Positions 36,655 through 49,150 of a stretch of DNA of 64,000 nucleotides are shown piece after piece; positions within the stretch are counted from its first letter, which is position 1, and each line of letters begins with the position of its first letter. The notes under the pieces are model-generated. The model ran no database searches, had not been told where the DNA came from, and was given only the letters and a program-made list of their open reading frames with translations. The stretch covers positions 20,150,001 to 20,214,000 of the forward strand of contig OX597827.1 in the NCBI GenBank assembly GCA_951406725.2, read 5' to 3'. The DNA comes from Octopus vulgaris (taxonomy: Eukaryota). Both the position numbers and the translations under genes were made by a program.

Positions 36655-36845
36655 CGTGCTGGTGCCACATAAAAAGCATTCAGTCCACACTTTGTAAAGT
36701 GGTTGACGTTAGGAAGGGCATCTAGCTGTAGAAACCTTGTCAAAGCCAACAATGGAACTTGGTGCAACTCTCCAGCTTTACTAGCTCCTATCAAAGTGTC
36801 CGGCCCATGTCAGTATGGAAAGCAGATATTAAATGTTGATGATAT
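36655..36845 (+). mobile_element. Family D retroposon
   Basis: GTGGTTGACGTTAGGAAGGGCATCTAGCTGTAGAAAC core and GATGAT tail. Confidence 0.8.
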
Positions 36846-36846
36846 A

Positions 36847-36884
<38 letters not shown>

Positions 36885-36902
36885 GACATATACACACACA
36901 CA

Positions 36903-37062
36903 TATCATCATCATCGTTTAACGTCTGCTTTCCATGCTAGCATGGGTTGGACGGTTCAACTGGGGTCTGGCAAGCCCAAAGGCTGCACCAGGCCAGTCAG
37001 ATCTGGCAGTGTTTCTACAGCTGGATGGCCTTCCTAACGCCAACCACTCCGAGAGTGTAGTG
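36903..37062 (-). mobile_element. Family D retroposon, tail-to-tail with the previous copy
   Basis: CATCATCATCGTTTAACGTC..CTTCCTAACGCCAACCACTCCGAGAGTGTAGTG. Confidence 0.88.
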
Positions 37063-37120
37063 TATATACATATATATGGTGTATATACATATATATGTAG
37101 TATATACATATATATATATG

Positions 37121-37300
37121 TATATACATATACACACATATATACACATGTATATACATATACACACATATATACACATGTATATACATATACACACATA
37201 TATACACATGTATATACATATACACACATATATACACATGTATATACATATACACACATATATACATATGTATATACATATACACACATATATACAGATA
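37121..37300. repeat. 30-bp higher-order microsatellite repeat (TATATACATATACACACATATATACACATG), about 6 copies
   Basis: Exact 30-bp periodicity. Confidence 0.92.
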
Positions 37301-38006
37301 TATAGACATATATATACACACACACACACACATATATGACAGCTTCTTTCAGTTTCTACCTATCAAATCCACTCTCAAGGCTTTAGTCAGTCACGAGCAG
37401 AAGACACTTGTCCAAGGTACCACACAGTCCTGTCTGCACCCGTATGGCTATATATATAATATAGGTGTAGACATGGTTGTCTACATAAAAAAGTTTCCTT
37501 CCCTAACCCTAACCAATGCCTTATGAGTGGACTTGGTGGGTGGAAACTGAATGACATCTATTTGTGTTTGTGTCTCCTTGTCTTGATAGCAGCATCACCA
37601 CCGTCATAGTAGCAGTGTTTGTCTTGTTTCAAAACAGGTGGAGGGTTGGAGACCAGAAGGCATTTAGCTGTAGAGAATCTGCGTTAAAGAATGCTTTCCG
37701 ACTCGTTGCAATCTTGGAGTAGTGCACAAATCAACTTTACCCTGCCCTAGTTCTAATTTTAGAGATTTTAGCTAAAAATAGGAAGTTTAGAATTTGCAGT
37801 TCAAAATCAGAAATTAAACACCTGTTCTTTCCACATTGTTTGGGTAGGACCAGCTGCAGAATTTACTATTGTAGTTAAATGTATTATTTTTCTTGTATAC
37901 AAATGATTTTATGAAATACCTGTACAAATAACATATCCTTATCTATATCAATGTTTATACAACTTGGGTTGTTTAGTAAGTTGCTGTTTTTCTCTTGCTA
38001 TTTCAG

Positions 38007-38027
38007 ATTTCTCTAAAGATTTTCTAG
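38007..38027 (+). other. Candidate 21-nt microexon or recursive splice site
   Basis: TGTTTTTCTCTTGCTATTTCAG|ATTTCTCTAAAGATTTTCTAG|GTAAGC. Confidence 0.5.
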
Positions 38028-38504
38028 GTAAGCATCAAATGAACCTGGTTCACTCTTTTATATACTTTTATGTTAATTTTGATAAATCCACAATTTCATC
38101 ACTCTAGTATGGCTTTGACACTTCTTTCAGCTGCTGTGGAACTTATGGAAATAGTTGAAAAAATTAAAACCTAAGAATTTCATAGAATCAACTGCATCAG
38201 GGTGTATTGAATTTTTCTTTGTTTGATATTTAGTTGTGTGCATATATGCAAATACATGCACACGTCTTTTGACAGTGTGTGGGTGTAAACGTACATACAT
38301 GTGTGCTACCTTTGGCTAGTATCTTCCATTGTAGTTCCAAGAAGTTGACCAAAGCCTTCCGAGTGGATTCAATTGACAGAAATGGAATGAAGCCCATTTT
38401 CTGATGCTGGCATGAGTTGAATTGGTCACATTGTCAGTCGTTTTTTTATTGGGACCCACTGTTTAGATATACTGGGGTCCAAATGTGTGTATGTATGTTT
38501 GCAC

Positions 38505-38655
38505 ATGCAAGCATGGCTGTGTGGTTGAGAAGTTGGCTGTGTTGTTTCTGGTTCAGTCCCACTGCATGGCAACTTGGGCAAGTGTCTTCTACTACAGCCT
38601 TCGAAGGACTAAATCCTTGTGAGTTGATTTGGTAGTCAGAAACTGAAAGAAGCCC

Positions 38656-38690
<35 letters not shown>

Positions 38691-38775
38691 ATGTCCTGAT
38701 ATCATGTGTTAGCTGTGAGCAACTCAATGTCATACAAGCGTGACATTTGTGCCAATCTTCTATGAATCGGGTCAT
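38505..38775 (+). mobile_element. Decayed SINE with a family B head and a different tail
   Basis: CATGGCTGTGTGGTTGAG..GGTTCAGTCCCACTG..TTGGGCAAGTGTCTTCTACT..GAAACTGAAAGAAGCCC, then (TG)n. Confidence 0.8.
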
Positions 38776-39844
38776 ATATATATATAGAGAGAATATCCAA
38801 CAGTTGTGGTTTTTTGACTTAGTAACTTAGTGTAACAATCATTAAGGATAATATCAATATTAGAATATGTATGGAAGGATGTGTGAGGTTGAGAGCTAGT
38901 AGTGGAATGTTATTAAACTACAGCATCTTTACTTGGGCTCCTGTCCCTTTCTCTCTCACACACACATTCACTTTGTTGCAGTGAAAAATTACTTGTCCTT
39001 CTGCGTTTTCTATTTTGCACAGTTTGGTCTATAGTCTTTGGCCAGAGAAAACCAGGCATTGCTAATTAAATAATACATATAAACATAAACACCTCCCCAC
39101 CAACCATTTTAGCATATTTGGGCTAGCTTTTTAGTAAGAACACTGTTTTATTTGTCTTAGGTTTATGGCCCAAATCTTGAGCGGTTTTGTTCCAAAATCT
39201 GCTCTACATCACAGTTTCCTTCATATTTATTTCTTTATTTTAGATTTCATTATTGAGGAATATTTTATGTCTTCACTTGTCTTTGGCAACAACAGTGAAA
39301 TATTTGTTGGGGTGTGGCTCAATGCATTCCACTCTCTAAAACAATCTGCTCTTTACTTGTTGTTACCAGACCCACTTTGTCTCATTTCCATTTCATTCTT
39401 CGTTCAACCTTTTCCTTCAAATGCTTCATCTGATCCTCCATATATGTGTGTGTGTGTGTGTGCTTCTGTTGAAATATATTTTATATTAATCATTCCTAAG
39501 TGGAATGGTAACATTTTCAGAGTCCACATGAGAGAACATTCTTAAATTGTGGTTTTATTTTTTAATGTGTATTCATTTGAAATAGTTTTATTAAATCTGT
39601 TAACAAATTATTTCATTTTAGAAATTTAATATTTTCTTTTTTTGAAATAATGTTCATTTTTGAAAGTTGTGTTTATAAATGTCTCCCTTGTGTCAGCAAT
39701 ACAAATGACTTGCAGTAATATAATCTACTTTTTGTTGGTAATTTCTTTTTCTCCATTTGTTGGCCCTTGTTAGCTTTTGTTTGTGTGTGTTTGTGTAGAT
39801 GCATACACATATGTACATTTATGTATACCAGTGTGTGTGTCTAT

Positions 39845-40156
39845 ACTGGCATGGGTGGGATGGTTTGACAGGAGCTGGCCAGGCAGAAGCTTGCACCAGA
39901 CTTCTGTGACTGTTTTGGCAGGATTTTTACAGCTGGATGCCCTCCCTAACACCAGCCATTTGGCAGAGTGGACTCTATCATCATCATCGTTTAACGTCCG
40001 CTTTCCATGCTAGCATGGGTTGGACGGTTCAGCTGGGGTCTGGGAAGCCAGAAGGTTGCACCAGGCTCAGTCTGATCTGGCAGTGTTTCTACAGCTGGAT
40101 GCCCTTCCTAATGCCAACCACTCCATGAGTGTAGTGGGTGCTTTTTACGTGCCACC
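39845..40156 (-). mobile_element. Two adjacent family D copies
   Basis: CAGCTGGATGCCC.(C/T)CCTAA core twice; second copy starts at (CAT)n, 39977. Confidence 0.82.
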
Positions 40157-41742
40157 ATATATATATATATATATATATATATAAAGAATGTAGTTTGGAT
40201 TTGGATAAAAACTACTTAGTGCTTTTGTCCCTTTCAGGGACCCATTATGAATAACTTTCTATAAAGACTTCATACCTCTTATGTGTGAGTTGTAAGAAAA
40301 AAAAAATAGAGGTAGATTTCCCTTCCTGGGCCCTGGAAGAAGGATGCTCTGGAAATCATTGCTTTTGTTCAACATCCACTTTTCCATGCTTGCATGGTTA
40401 GACAGTTTATTGAGACATTTTCCGCAGCCAGATGCCCTTCCTGTTGCCAACTCCAAGCAAAGTAATATTTCCCCATGATAGACATATTTTTGCAGAATAT
40501 TGAAAAAGGAATGACAATATTTGTGTGACACTGACAGTCATTTATATCTATCATGTAATGTCCACTCAAGGAAACCCAAACATACGCGCACGCACACACA
40601 CACACACACACATCTTTGATATGATGTGCCCTATGATCCCTGTTGGCTGGTCTCTCGTATGTCATTCTGGCTACTTAATTTAAATGTTGTAATTTAGGCA
40701 GTTGAGGGTTGTGATGTTGCTTTGGTGTAGTGGTTAGCACATGTTTGGTTTACAGAAGGAAGACATATCTAAATCCTGCAGGCGAAGGTTCCAGTTTTTT
40801 CTTCTGTGTTAGATATGTATATTTTATGAAGAAACATGTTTTCCACTGTTTTTATATATGTCTCAGTCTTTTGTCTGCTGGAATCAAGGTAAGGTAACTG
40901 CTGTGCTGATGATGCTCGTTGAGGTAGATATCTCTGGATGACAAGACTGACTTTTCATTAATAACTTTGCTAAGCTTGGAGAATGTCGTTCTTGAGATTC
41001 TCTTACCTTCTTATTTGTGGTTGTTTTTGAATTCCCACAAGGCTTTTTTTTTCTTTTTAGTTCTCTCTTGAAGGAAGATAATTTTAATAAGTCAAGAATT
41101 TATCTCATTTGATATTTTTATTGAACTTTTATTGAACTTTATCATAGGCATAATTATGAGTATATGTTTAAGAATACCCATGCCCTGCCCTGTGTTACTA
41201 CGATTCTCCTGTAAGTTGATCAGGTGCTGAATACTCAAGGAAGGGTTTATCTACATATCTTTCTTCATATATATATATCTGTATGTATATTTATATGCTT
41301 ATGTATGTGTACATTTACACTAACACACATCTAATGTGTGTAAATGTAATTTTTCCTTGCTATGCTCTTAACCTCATTTCGTTGAAACGACATGGTAATT
41401 GGCTGCCACCTGCTTTCTTCTCAATCTGTTTCACTTTAAATTCCCACACATTTATAGTCAGTCAACAGTTTCGAGCTGGTAGATAATATTCCTTCATGAG
41501 GGCTTGTTGCTTTTTCCATTTGCTACTAAATGGAGATTAATTACACTTTGGAATGAATGTAACCTAAAAATATTGAAATATATATTCATGTGTTTATACA
41601 TATAATGTATGTATAAAGTTGTTGCTTTGCACTGTTGAAGTTTTAAAATGATATGCTTGGTGAAAAGTTAGCCCATTTTTAAAATGCCTTTTCTGTGCTT
41701 ATTTACTTGGATAAATAAAATTCTGTGAAAATTTTCCCATTT

Positions 41743-41958
41743 AGGCAGCAAGCTAGCACAAACATTAGCATGCCAGGCGAAATTGTTAATGGTATTTTGT
41801 CTGTCTTTACTTTCTGAGTTCAAATTCTGGCGAGGTCGACTTTGCTTTTCATCCTTCCAGGGTTGATAAATTAAGTACCAGTTGCGTACTGGGGTTGATC
41901 TAATCGACTAGTCCCCTCCCCCAAAATTTCAGACCTTGTGCCTAGAGTGGAAAAGATT
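41743..41958 (+). mobile_element. SINE family A variant
   Basis: AGGCAGCAAGCTAGC..GAGTTCAAATTC..GTCGACTTTGC.TTTCATCCTT..CCTTGTGCCTAGAGTGGAAAAGA. Confidence 0.85.
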
Positions 41959-42114
41959 ATTTAGTTTATGAAATAACCTTTTTCATTGTTGTGTTTTTCT
42001 TATAGATTTTATGATTGGTTGACTATCTTTGTTAAAAGTTCAACTCAATCAAGAGAAATCTGAAAAGACTTTGTGTTGCAGCGGCTGTAGTAGTATTTAG
42101 TATGAGGGCATGCA

Positions 42115-42460
42115 CTATAACACCATGTCGCTGCATTCACTGTTTGTTGGCGATAATCTACTACTCCTGGTGGCTGACACCTTTGCACAACTCGGGCGAC
42201 AACCCTCTAACCCATGGATCTGCTTGGGTAGTTGTTGCTGGTGAAAGTTTTCCGAGGTTGGAGTGAAAATCCTACTTCCACCACTTTTAGTCACTTTTTT
42301 ATGATATGCAGAGGTAACATTCAGTCTATTCTTTGACATGTTGCTTTCCTGTGAAAGGAAGTGTTTTGCTCAAGAAAACAACACACTATCCGGTCCAGGA
42401 ATTGAAGCCATGATCACCAGATCATGAATGCAACACCCTAGCCACTAGGTCATGCACCTT
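42115..42460 (-). mobile_element. SINE with a family E head (tail boundary uncertain)
   Basis: Reverse complement AGGTGCATGACCTAGTGGCTAGGGTGTTGCA..TTCAATTCCTGGACCGG..TTGAGCAAAACAC. Confidence 0.65.
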
Positions 42461-42706
42461 CACTATATTGAGGTCATATATATATAGTCATGTATGTGTC
42501 ATAGCTGAATCATCTTTATTTTGTATTGATGACTAACAGGATGGAAATTCAGGTTTTGAGTAAAGCCCTTCTTAAAAATGGAGGAGTTGGAGGAATTTTG
42601 ATATTGTTTCTAGAATGAAGACCATGGTGTGTAATTTTTGACAATAGCAGATCGCTCATTTCTTGATTTAGACTTAGATAAGCATAGAGGGCAAGTATTA
42701 ATTTGA

Positions 42707-42919
42707 CCCTTTAGCATTCAGAATCCTTTGTCAAATGTAATGCTTATTTATTCACCTTGTTTTGAATTAATCCTGCATTATCTTGTAGCTTCAAGATTTC
42801 AATGATGGGACTATTTTTAGAATTACATTGTAGGATAGGTGTGAGAGACCAAATTTAGCCAGTTTGAACATGAAACAGAATATTTTGGGCCTGATATAGC
42901 TGGTTTAAATGTTAAAGGG
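42707..42919. mobile_element. piggyBac-like MITE
   Basis: TIR CCCTTTAGCATT / AATGTTAAAGGG; flanks TTGA and TTTA (degenerate TTAA). Confidence 0.7.
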
Positions 42920-44254
42920 TTTAAAGACTGCTGGATAACTTAATTTTTGTTTAGGATATAATATGGGCATTTTTAATTATTTTTTTAAATACTTAGTGGC
43001 AACTGGCATGTAGACAGTATTATTATAGTTCTTGCTAGAACTACACGAGTTCAACAGAGTATATCTTCCATTAGAACCAAAGTGTTAGTTTATTGGTAAT
43101 CCCTGAAATTGAACCATTACCCACCATCTTAATCTAAGTTGTTATTACAAGATTAGCTTAAAATTATTGTAAAGACATTTATTTAACCAATTAGTTTCAA
43201 TGGTGAACTTAAGACCAATTTGACTCATCAATTATCAAATTACAATTGGTACCAACATGAATTGTGTTGAATTAATCAAATTTTCTAAGATTTCCGTTCA
43301 TATTGTCTTGAATTCTTCAAAAATTCTGAGATTTAGTTTTGAAATGTTTCTTTTACTCTATTAAAAGAAAAAATATATTTTTGAGAAAGCAAACTGTTAA
43401 CTTTTTAATCTAGTTAAAACTTAGAATTACTTGTTTATAGAAGCTTAAGTTTTGTTGAGTGTTTGTGTAAATAAGTAATTTCTGTTCTCTAAAATGTCAA
43501 TTGAGGATTTAATTCGGGAAGGAAATATCTGTCAAAACAAGACGAAACAAATTAACTTGAGTCTTCAGTAGTGATTATAGACTGTTTTGATTTTGTCTTC
43601 CTTTTATAAACTTTATTACGGTGTCTTAAGATAGGAGTGGTGATTAAAAGTACATTGCTAAATAACTGTTGTAACTAACTAAACAAATATTTATTTTGTT
43701 TGTGTAATTTCAGTTCTGTATTTATTTGAGTACACTAGTGTGATTGATGCTTCATGTATCTTGCCTGTAAAACAAAAATACAAAACACTAAAACTTGTCC
43801 AACCTTCTTTATTTCTCATTATATAGGCTTATTTCTGCATATTCTTGATTTTTTTTTTTTCTTTTTTGTCTTTTTTATGAAATGGTTTAAAATAAGAGGA
43901 ATTTAGACTTTTTTCATTGTTACTCTCAGACCTGCTTGCAATTTTCTCTTTCGCTATGAATGTTGCTTACACGAGGTTACACTAGATATGGATTAGAATT
44001 TACATCAAGAGATGTGTTAAAAAGATAAATTTTACCACTGCAGAATTATTTTTAAAGTGTAAGGCTACAAACTAGACAGAATGGACATCCAATATTTCTA
44101 AATTGCTAAATTATTTGTAAACTACTGTTGGTTCATGAGAACTTAAAGATTATTAAACAGACTCTGAATGGCTGATTTAACGAGTAGAGGCTCATTAGAA
44201 ACGTTAATCTGGCTACTAATTTATGCCTTTGTTTGCAGAGTATGCATATTTTTT

Positions 44255-44590
44255 TCTATCTTATTGCACTCATTGCACTGCAGTCATATTGGGACATGAG
44301 TACTAACTTTTTTAAAGTCTGGTATTCTATTGGTTTCTTCCACTGAACCACCCAGTTAGAGGAACATAAACAAACCAACATTGGTTGTCAAGCAGTGGGG
44401 GTGCGAGTAACACACACACACACACATGATGGGCTTCCACTCAGCTTCTGTGTATGAAATTCATTACAAGGTACTGGTTGGCCCAGGACTGTAATAGTAA
44501 ACAATTGCTCAAGGGGCCATGCAGTAAGACTGAACCCAGAATCACAAGGTTGCAAAGCAAACTTCTTAACCACACAGACATGCCTGCACC
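44255..44590 (-). mobile_element. Decayed SINE family B
   Basis: GATGGGCTTC..CAGCTTCTG..GACTGAACCCAG..CTTAACCACACAG; internal (CA)n. Confidence 0.75.
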
Positions 44591-46735
44591 CAATAACGAC
44601 ATTTTCTATTTAAAAAAAAAGGAAAGAAATTTGTCTAGATGAGTTTTGGTACTGAATATTGCTAAAATGAATTGTATTGCTCCATTAAACACTTATAACC
44701 AAGCTTCTCCTATAATACAAAATGCCTAAATGAAATTGGACTAGGAAAGCATTGCTAGATATTGAGAACTGAAATTTGACTTATAAGAATAAAAGCCCAA
44801 AGATTCTGATCTTTGTGGGGTGGGGTTTGAATCTTCTTTATTCTACATTCAAAACAATATGATCATGTTTTGATTGTTAGTCTTTCTTATGGAAAACTTT
44901 ACTTAGTCTGTTGTGAGCTTGTCTATCTAATGACGGTAACCTTTTAGACCTGTTAACAAATATAAATGTCAAATATTCTCCAAGTCAACATGTCCTATTA
45001 AAGAGAAGATACTGTAATTTTAAATTGTATAAAAAATGTCACATCACTTAAATATTTATCTGTGGGTGGGAGAAGATATTTTAATGCTACAGAATTAAAA
45101 CTGACTGTTCAGAGAAAATTTTGAGTTAAACTGATGTCATAACAAAGTGTGGGAAACATTTGTTTCTATACAGCTAACTATGAATTCAAAAGTATTGCAG
45201 ACGAGATTTTCCTGGCTGCCAAATGTTATGAATGCTTCTGTTTTGAGAATACATATTGGATCAAAACCATTTAAGCATCGATCACAAAACCTCTCTGAAC
45301 TAAAAGCATAAAACAGTTTTTAAACTTAATCTAAATTTATCAAACGGGTTTAGTGATGCAAACAGGAAAAAGAGACTCAAAACAAGCTTTTTTTTTGTTT
45401 TTTTTATTAATAATTGACAGAAGTTACAGATTAACTCAAAGACTGAGAGCTTCATGTATTGGAACTTACCAAATTAGTTTCAAACCATGGGGTCATAAAT
45501 TTATATACTTGTGATAATGGTATTTCCCTGGACTGTTCAGGAACAAATTATAAAATTTATCATATAGATATTTAATAAATTGAATGTTCTGTGATAAAAC
45601 CTGTATCCTTTCTTACACTCGCATTTTTATCTCTTGAGATGCTCTTGGCATCTGATCACTACCATCTCCATCTTCTTTCCAGCTATTTCCATCCATCCTT
45701 ATATAATCTAGGGTTGCCATGTATCTCCTCTATAGCAAGATGCCTATGCTTTGTCTCTTTGTCATACTTTAGCCTCTGAACCTCTGGCATAAAAACCACC
45801 TCATCCCTATCTCAAATACTCACACCCCCTTTGGAGCTTTGTCCTTTTTCTTTTTTCTTTTCTTATCCTGCAAATTACTTGGTGGCCTCATTAATGCTGT
45901 GACATGAAAAACAAGTGCCCAATACGCATGTTAGGAATGGCATCCAGCTGTAGAGATCATGTCATGCCAATTTGGAAAACAGATGGTAAATGATAATACA
46001 CACACACATATACACACACACACGCATACCACAATCTTTACAGGTGAAACATGTAACGATTATGTAATTTATGTTACTCATTCTACTCTCAGATATGCAC
46101 TCTAAATTATTCAAATGAATATAAAACCAAAAGAAAATTGGAGGACAAATTATGTTTAATACTCAATTGGAGTTTGGATATACAAAGATTAACATGGAGT
46201 TCTAAACATTGGTTGATTGCTATGCTATCTCATTGAAATTAATAATTCTTCAATGCACACACACACACACACTATTGTTTTTAATGTCTACTTATCCATT
46301 CTTGTATGCAATTGAGGCATATTTTCTATGGCCAGATGCTCTTCCTGTCACCAACCTCCATTTGTTTCCAAGCAAGGAAATAGTTTTCGTGGAAGATTGA
46401 AAGAAAACAACACCACTTGTATGATAGTAATACTCATATACGATTATCTGATAATGTCAAGTCATGGACGGACACACACACACACACGCGCGTGTACACA
46501 CTTATATAACATCATCATTATCTTTATATCCACTTTCTGTGCTAGCATGTGTTGGATGCATCATCATGATCTGAGTCATCTCCTACTGGGAGTTGCTGCT
46601 TTCCCATAGTCTAATGCATGGATGTGTCATTTGATTGGATGCCACTCCTGTTTTGCTGCTCATCTTACAGATTGTATTGGGTGTGTTTTTCATGGCACTA
46701 ACATTAGAAAGGTGGAATAAAGATATCTCAGAGCT

Positions 46736-47580
46736 GGAGACCCCATCTTGAATGAAGATGTAACGGTTGCCCAAGGTTTTTGTGACCCAGGATAACACTT
46801 TCTCATCCAACATTTCTACATAAACTTCACTGTTGACCTTGACACCAGCATCGATGACGATTAAGAGATACTTGTACCCATCAAATGCAACTGTGGCCCA
46901 CTCCATGAGTGAAGCTGGCTTCTGACAGCGTAAATGACCCCTGCTACCTTCAGGCAAGAGTCCTGCATAAAGCTTGTCATTCTGCCTGTTGGTAACTGCC
47001 TTTATGGGTGATGATCCTCTCGTTAGACCAGATCAACACTTTTTAGCAGTGTGCTTGATCTCAGCTAACATGGTTTTACTCCTGTCAAGGCATTTCTTCT
47101 TGGAAGCTGTTGAAATTAACTGCCAGGATTGTTTCTTGTATGCAGTTAGCTTTAAATCCTCTTTAAAAATCTTGTTCATTAATGATTTCGAAATATCGAG
47201 GATTTCAGTTCATTTGCTTCTTCACAACTTCAACAGTTTGTTTGGTATGAATTGATCATTTCCCACCAGGAATTGGCTTGCTAGAAGGAGTAGCAAACTC
47301 CATATATCATTTCCTGATATTGAACACTGTTTTACAGCATACATGCAACTGTTTTGTTGTGTCCTTGTTGCTCACTGCAGCTGCTTTCAAAGCGAAAATC
47401 TGGTCATGTTTTGCTTTCAGTGCCATGCTTGTTTACAAACCTGTTACAGACGAATGAAACAATAAACACATGGACAAAAGACTTGTGCGAATCTTTATGT
47501 AAAATGTAGATAATATTACCTGAACCAGTATTTTTTAGGAAGAGTTTTAAACATGGGTAAATTTTTCAAGGGACATTCTC
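46736..47580 (-). mobile_element. Second decayed maT/Tc1-mariner transposon, 3' part missing
   Basis: MEWATVAFDGYKYLLIVIDAGVKVNSEVYVEMLDEKVLSWV..RYIFIQDG; boundaries approximate. Confidence 0.8.
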
Positions 47581-47611
47581 AATGTGTGTGTGCATGTATG
47601 TTAAGGAATTC

Positions 47612-47769
47612 AAGTTGCGGCTGTTCATACAGTGACCATTGATATCGGACTTAGCAGTATAGGTGATTTGTCTGACACAAATGGCTCATTTGAGCCTGAC
47701 AAGTTGCCTACACTGCTAGTTGCTTAATAGCTGCAAAACTAATGGTCACTCTATGACTGGCCATAACTT
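47612..47769. repeat. About 158-bp foldback built from two inverted, decayed hammerhead-like units
   Basis: AAGTTGCGGCTGTTCATACAGTGACCATT / AATGGTCACTCTATGACTGGCCATAACTT and TAGCAGTATAGGTGATTTGTC / GACAAGTTGCCTACACTGCTA are inverted matches. Confidence 0.75.
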
Positions 47770-47899
47770 TTAGCTTTCTGAAGAATATATTACTGCTCCA
47801 GTACTTCACAGTGTGCTTCTGTTTTGGATGTATGAACTACTGGTGATATGATGGACACTCTTGTCCAAGACAACAGATGAGCGGTCAGCTTTTGCCAAA

Positions 47900-48119
47900 T
47901 GATTTGTTTATAAGAGATCTAATGTGTGTAACACATTAGCTTACTTTCTCCATCAAATCAACGTTGTCTGAACAGGTGCACAGTGTGCCACACGTCAGTG
48001 ATTGTAGAGCAACGTGAAATGAAGTGTTTTGCTGAAAAACACAATGCACCACCTGGTCTAGGAATTGAAATCACAATTGTTAGATTGTGAGTGCAACACC
48101 CTAACCACTAGGCCATGCG
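47900..48119 (-). mobile_element. SINE family E
   Basis: GTGAAATGAAGTGTTTTGC..GGAATTGAA..GTGAGTGCAACACCCTAACCACTAGGCCATGC. Confidence 0.8.
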
Positions 48120-48141
48120 ATATATATATATATATATATAT

Positions 48142-48424
48142 AAAATCCTAATTTAGGGAATGGAATTAGCAAAACCTTGGGAGTGGTAATTACTCAATGA
48201 GGGGTACTCCACTAGCTACTCATAAGGCCAAAGATTCCTTAGTTAAATTAAAGTTACATGGGATCCCTTGATGACTATGTAACCATTTGACTAAAGTATA
48301 TTCAGCCTGATGTGTAGCTGGCGGAGCACCCTTCATTTGGGTAATTACTACTTCCGCGGTTCTGCTAGATAAGGAACATATGTAGCCTGGATTTTACCAA
48401 CTCCATTCCCTAAATTTGGATTTT
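48142..48424. repeat. About 283-bp imperfect foldback next to (TA)n, with hammerhead-like remnants
   Basis: AAAATCCTAATTTAGGGAATGGA / TCCATTCCCTAAATTTGGATTTT; AATGAGGGGTACTCCACTAGCTACTCATAAGGC / GCCTGATGTGTAGCTGGCGGAGCACCCTTCATT. Confidence 0.85.
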
Positions 48425-48653
48425 TATTTACATACACAGGAACCCCAGTTTAGCTTCCATCATTGCATTTGTGGTTGAGCAGGCATTTTTGTGAACTAAT
48501 ATAGAGATCAATACTTTTTGGAGGGTTTGTATGTAGACACACACATATACATTGAATCAGTCTCTTGCTACTCTGAGTTTCATCTTTGATACAAATCATT
48601 ACTTGCTTGAAGATGCTTTGCACCCATACATAAATATATGTGTATGTGTGTGA

Positions 48654-48710
<57 letters not shown>

Positions 48711-48789
48711 GTCCTGACACATACCTACCACCATCTCTCCCATGCTCTCCATCTATATCTTTCTAAGTCTCCTCCTCTCTCCCTTCTCC

Positions 48790-49150
48790 AACTAGGATGC
48801 CCTTGTATCTCTTCTACAGCAAGACACCTATCTCTATACCTCTATCATTCTTTCAGCCTTTCATCAACTGGTACGAAGCCACCTCCCTCAATACTACTGC
48901 CCCTTGGCCAGGAGTGGGGCACTTTGTCTTGTCTTGCAAGTTATTTGGTGACCCCACTGGTGCTGCTGCAATGAAAAAAGCACCTAGTACACTCTGCAAA
49001 GTGTTTAACATTAGAAAGGGCATCCAGCCACAGGAACCATGCCAAAACAGACAATGGAGCCCAGCACAACCCTCTGGCTTTGCCAGCTCTTGTCAAACTG
49101 TCCACTTCATACCAGTATGGAGAATGGATGTCAAATAATAATGATGATAT
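48790..49150 (+). mobile_element. Family D retroposon, long form
   Basis: TCTACAGCAAGACACCT..TGTCTTGCAAGTTATTTGGTGACC..TTAGAAAGGGCATCCAGC..GATGAT. Confidence 0.75.

Noticed and set aside
38007-38027. Microexon peptide DFSKDFL resembling the ADP/ATP translocase N-terminus (SFAKDFLAG)
   Set aside because: Only 7 residues, no upstream ATG in frame, and no following carrier exon found in the window
40900-40950. C/D box snoRNA (TGATGA...CTGA)
   Set aside because: Too short, no terminal stem, no recognisable guide sequence
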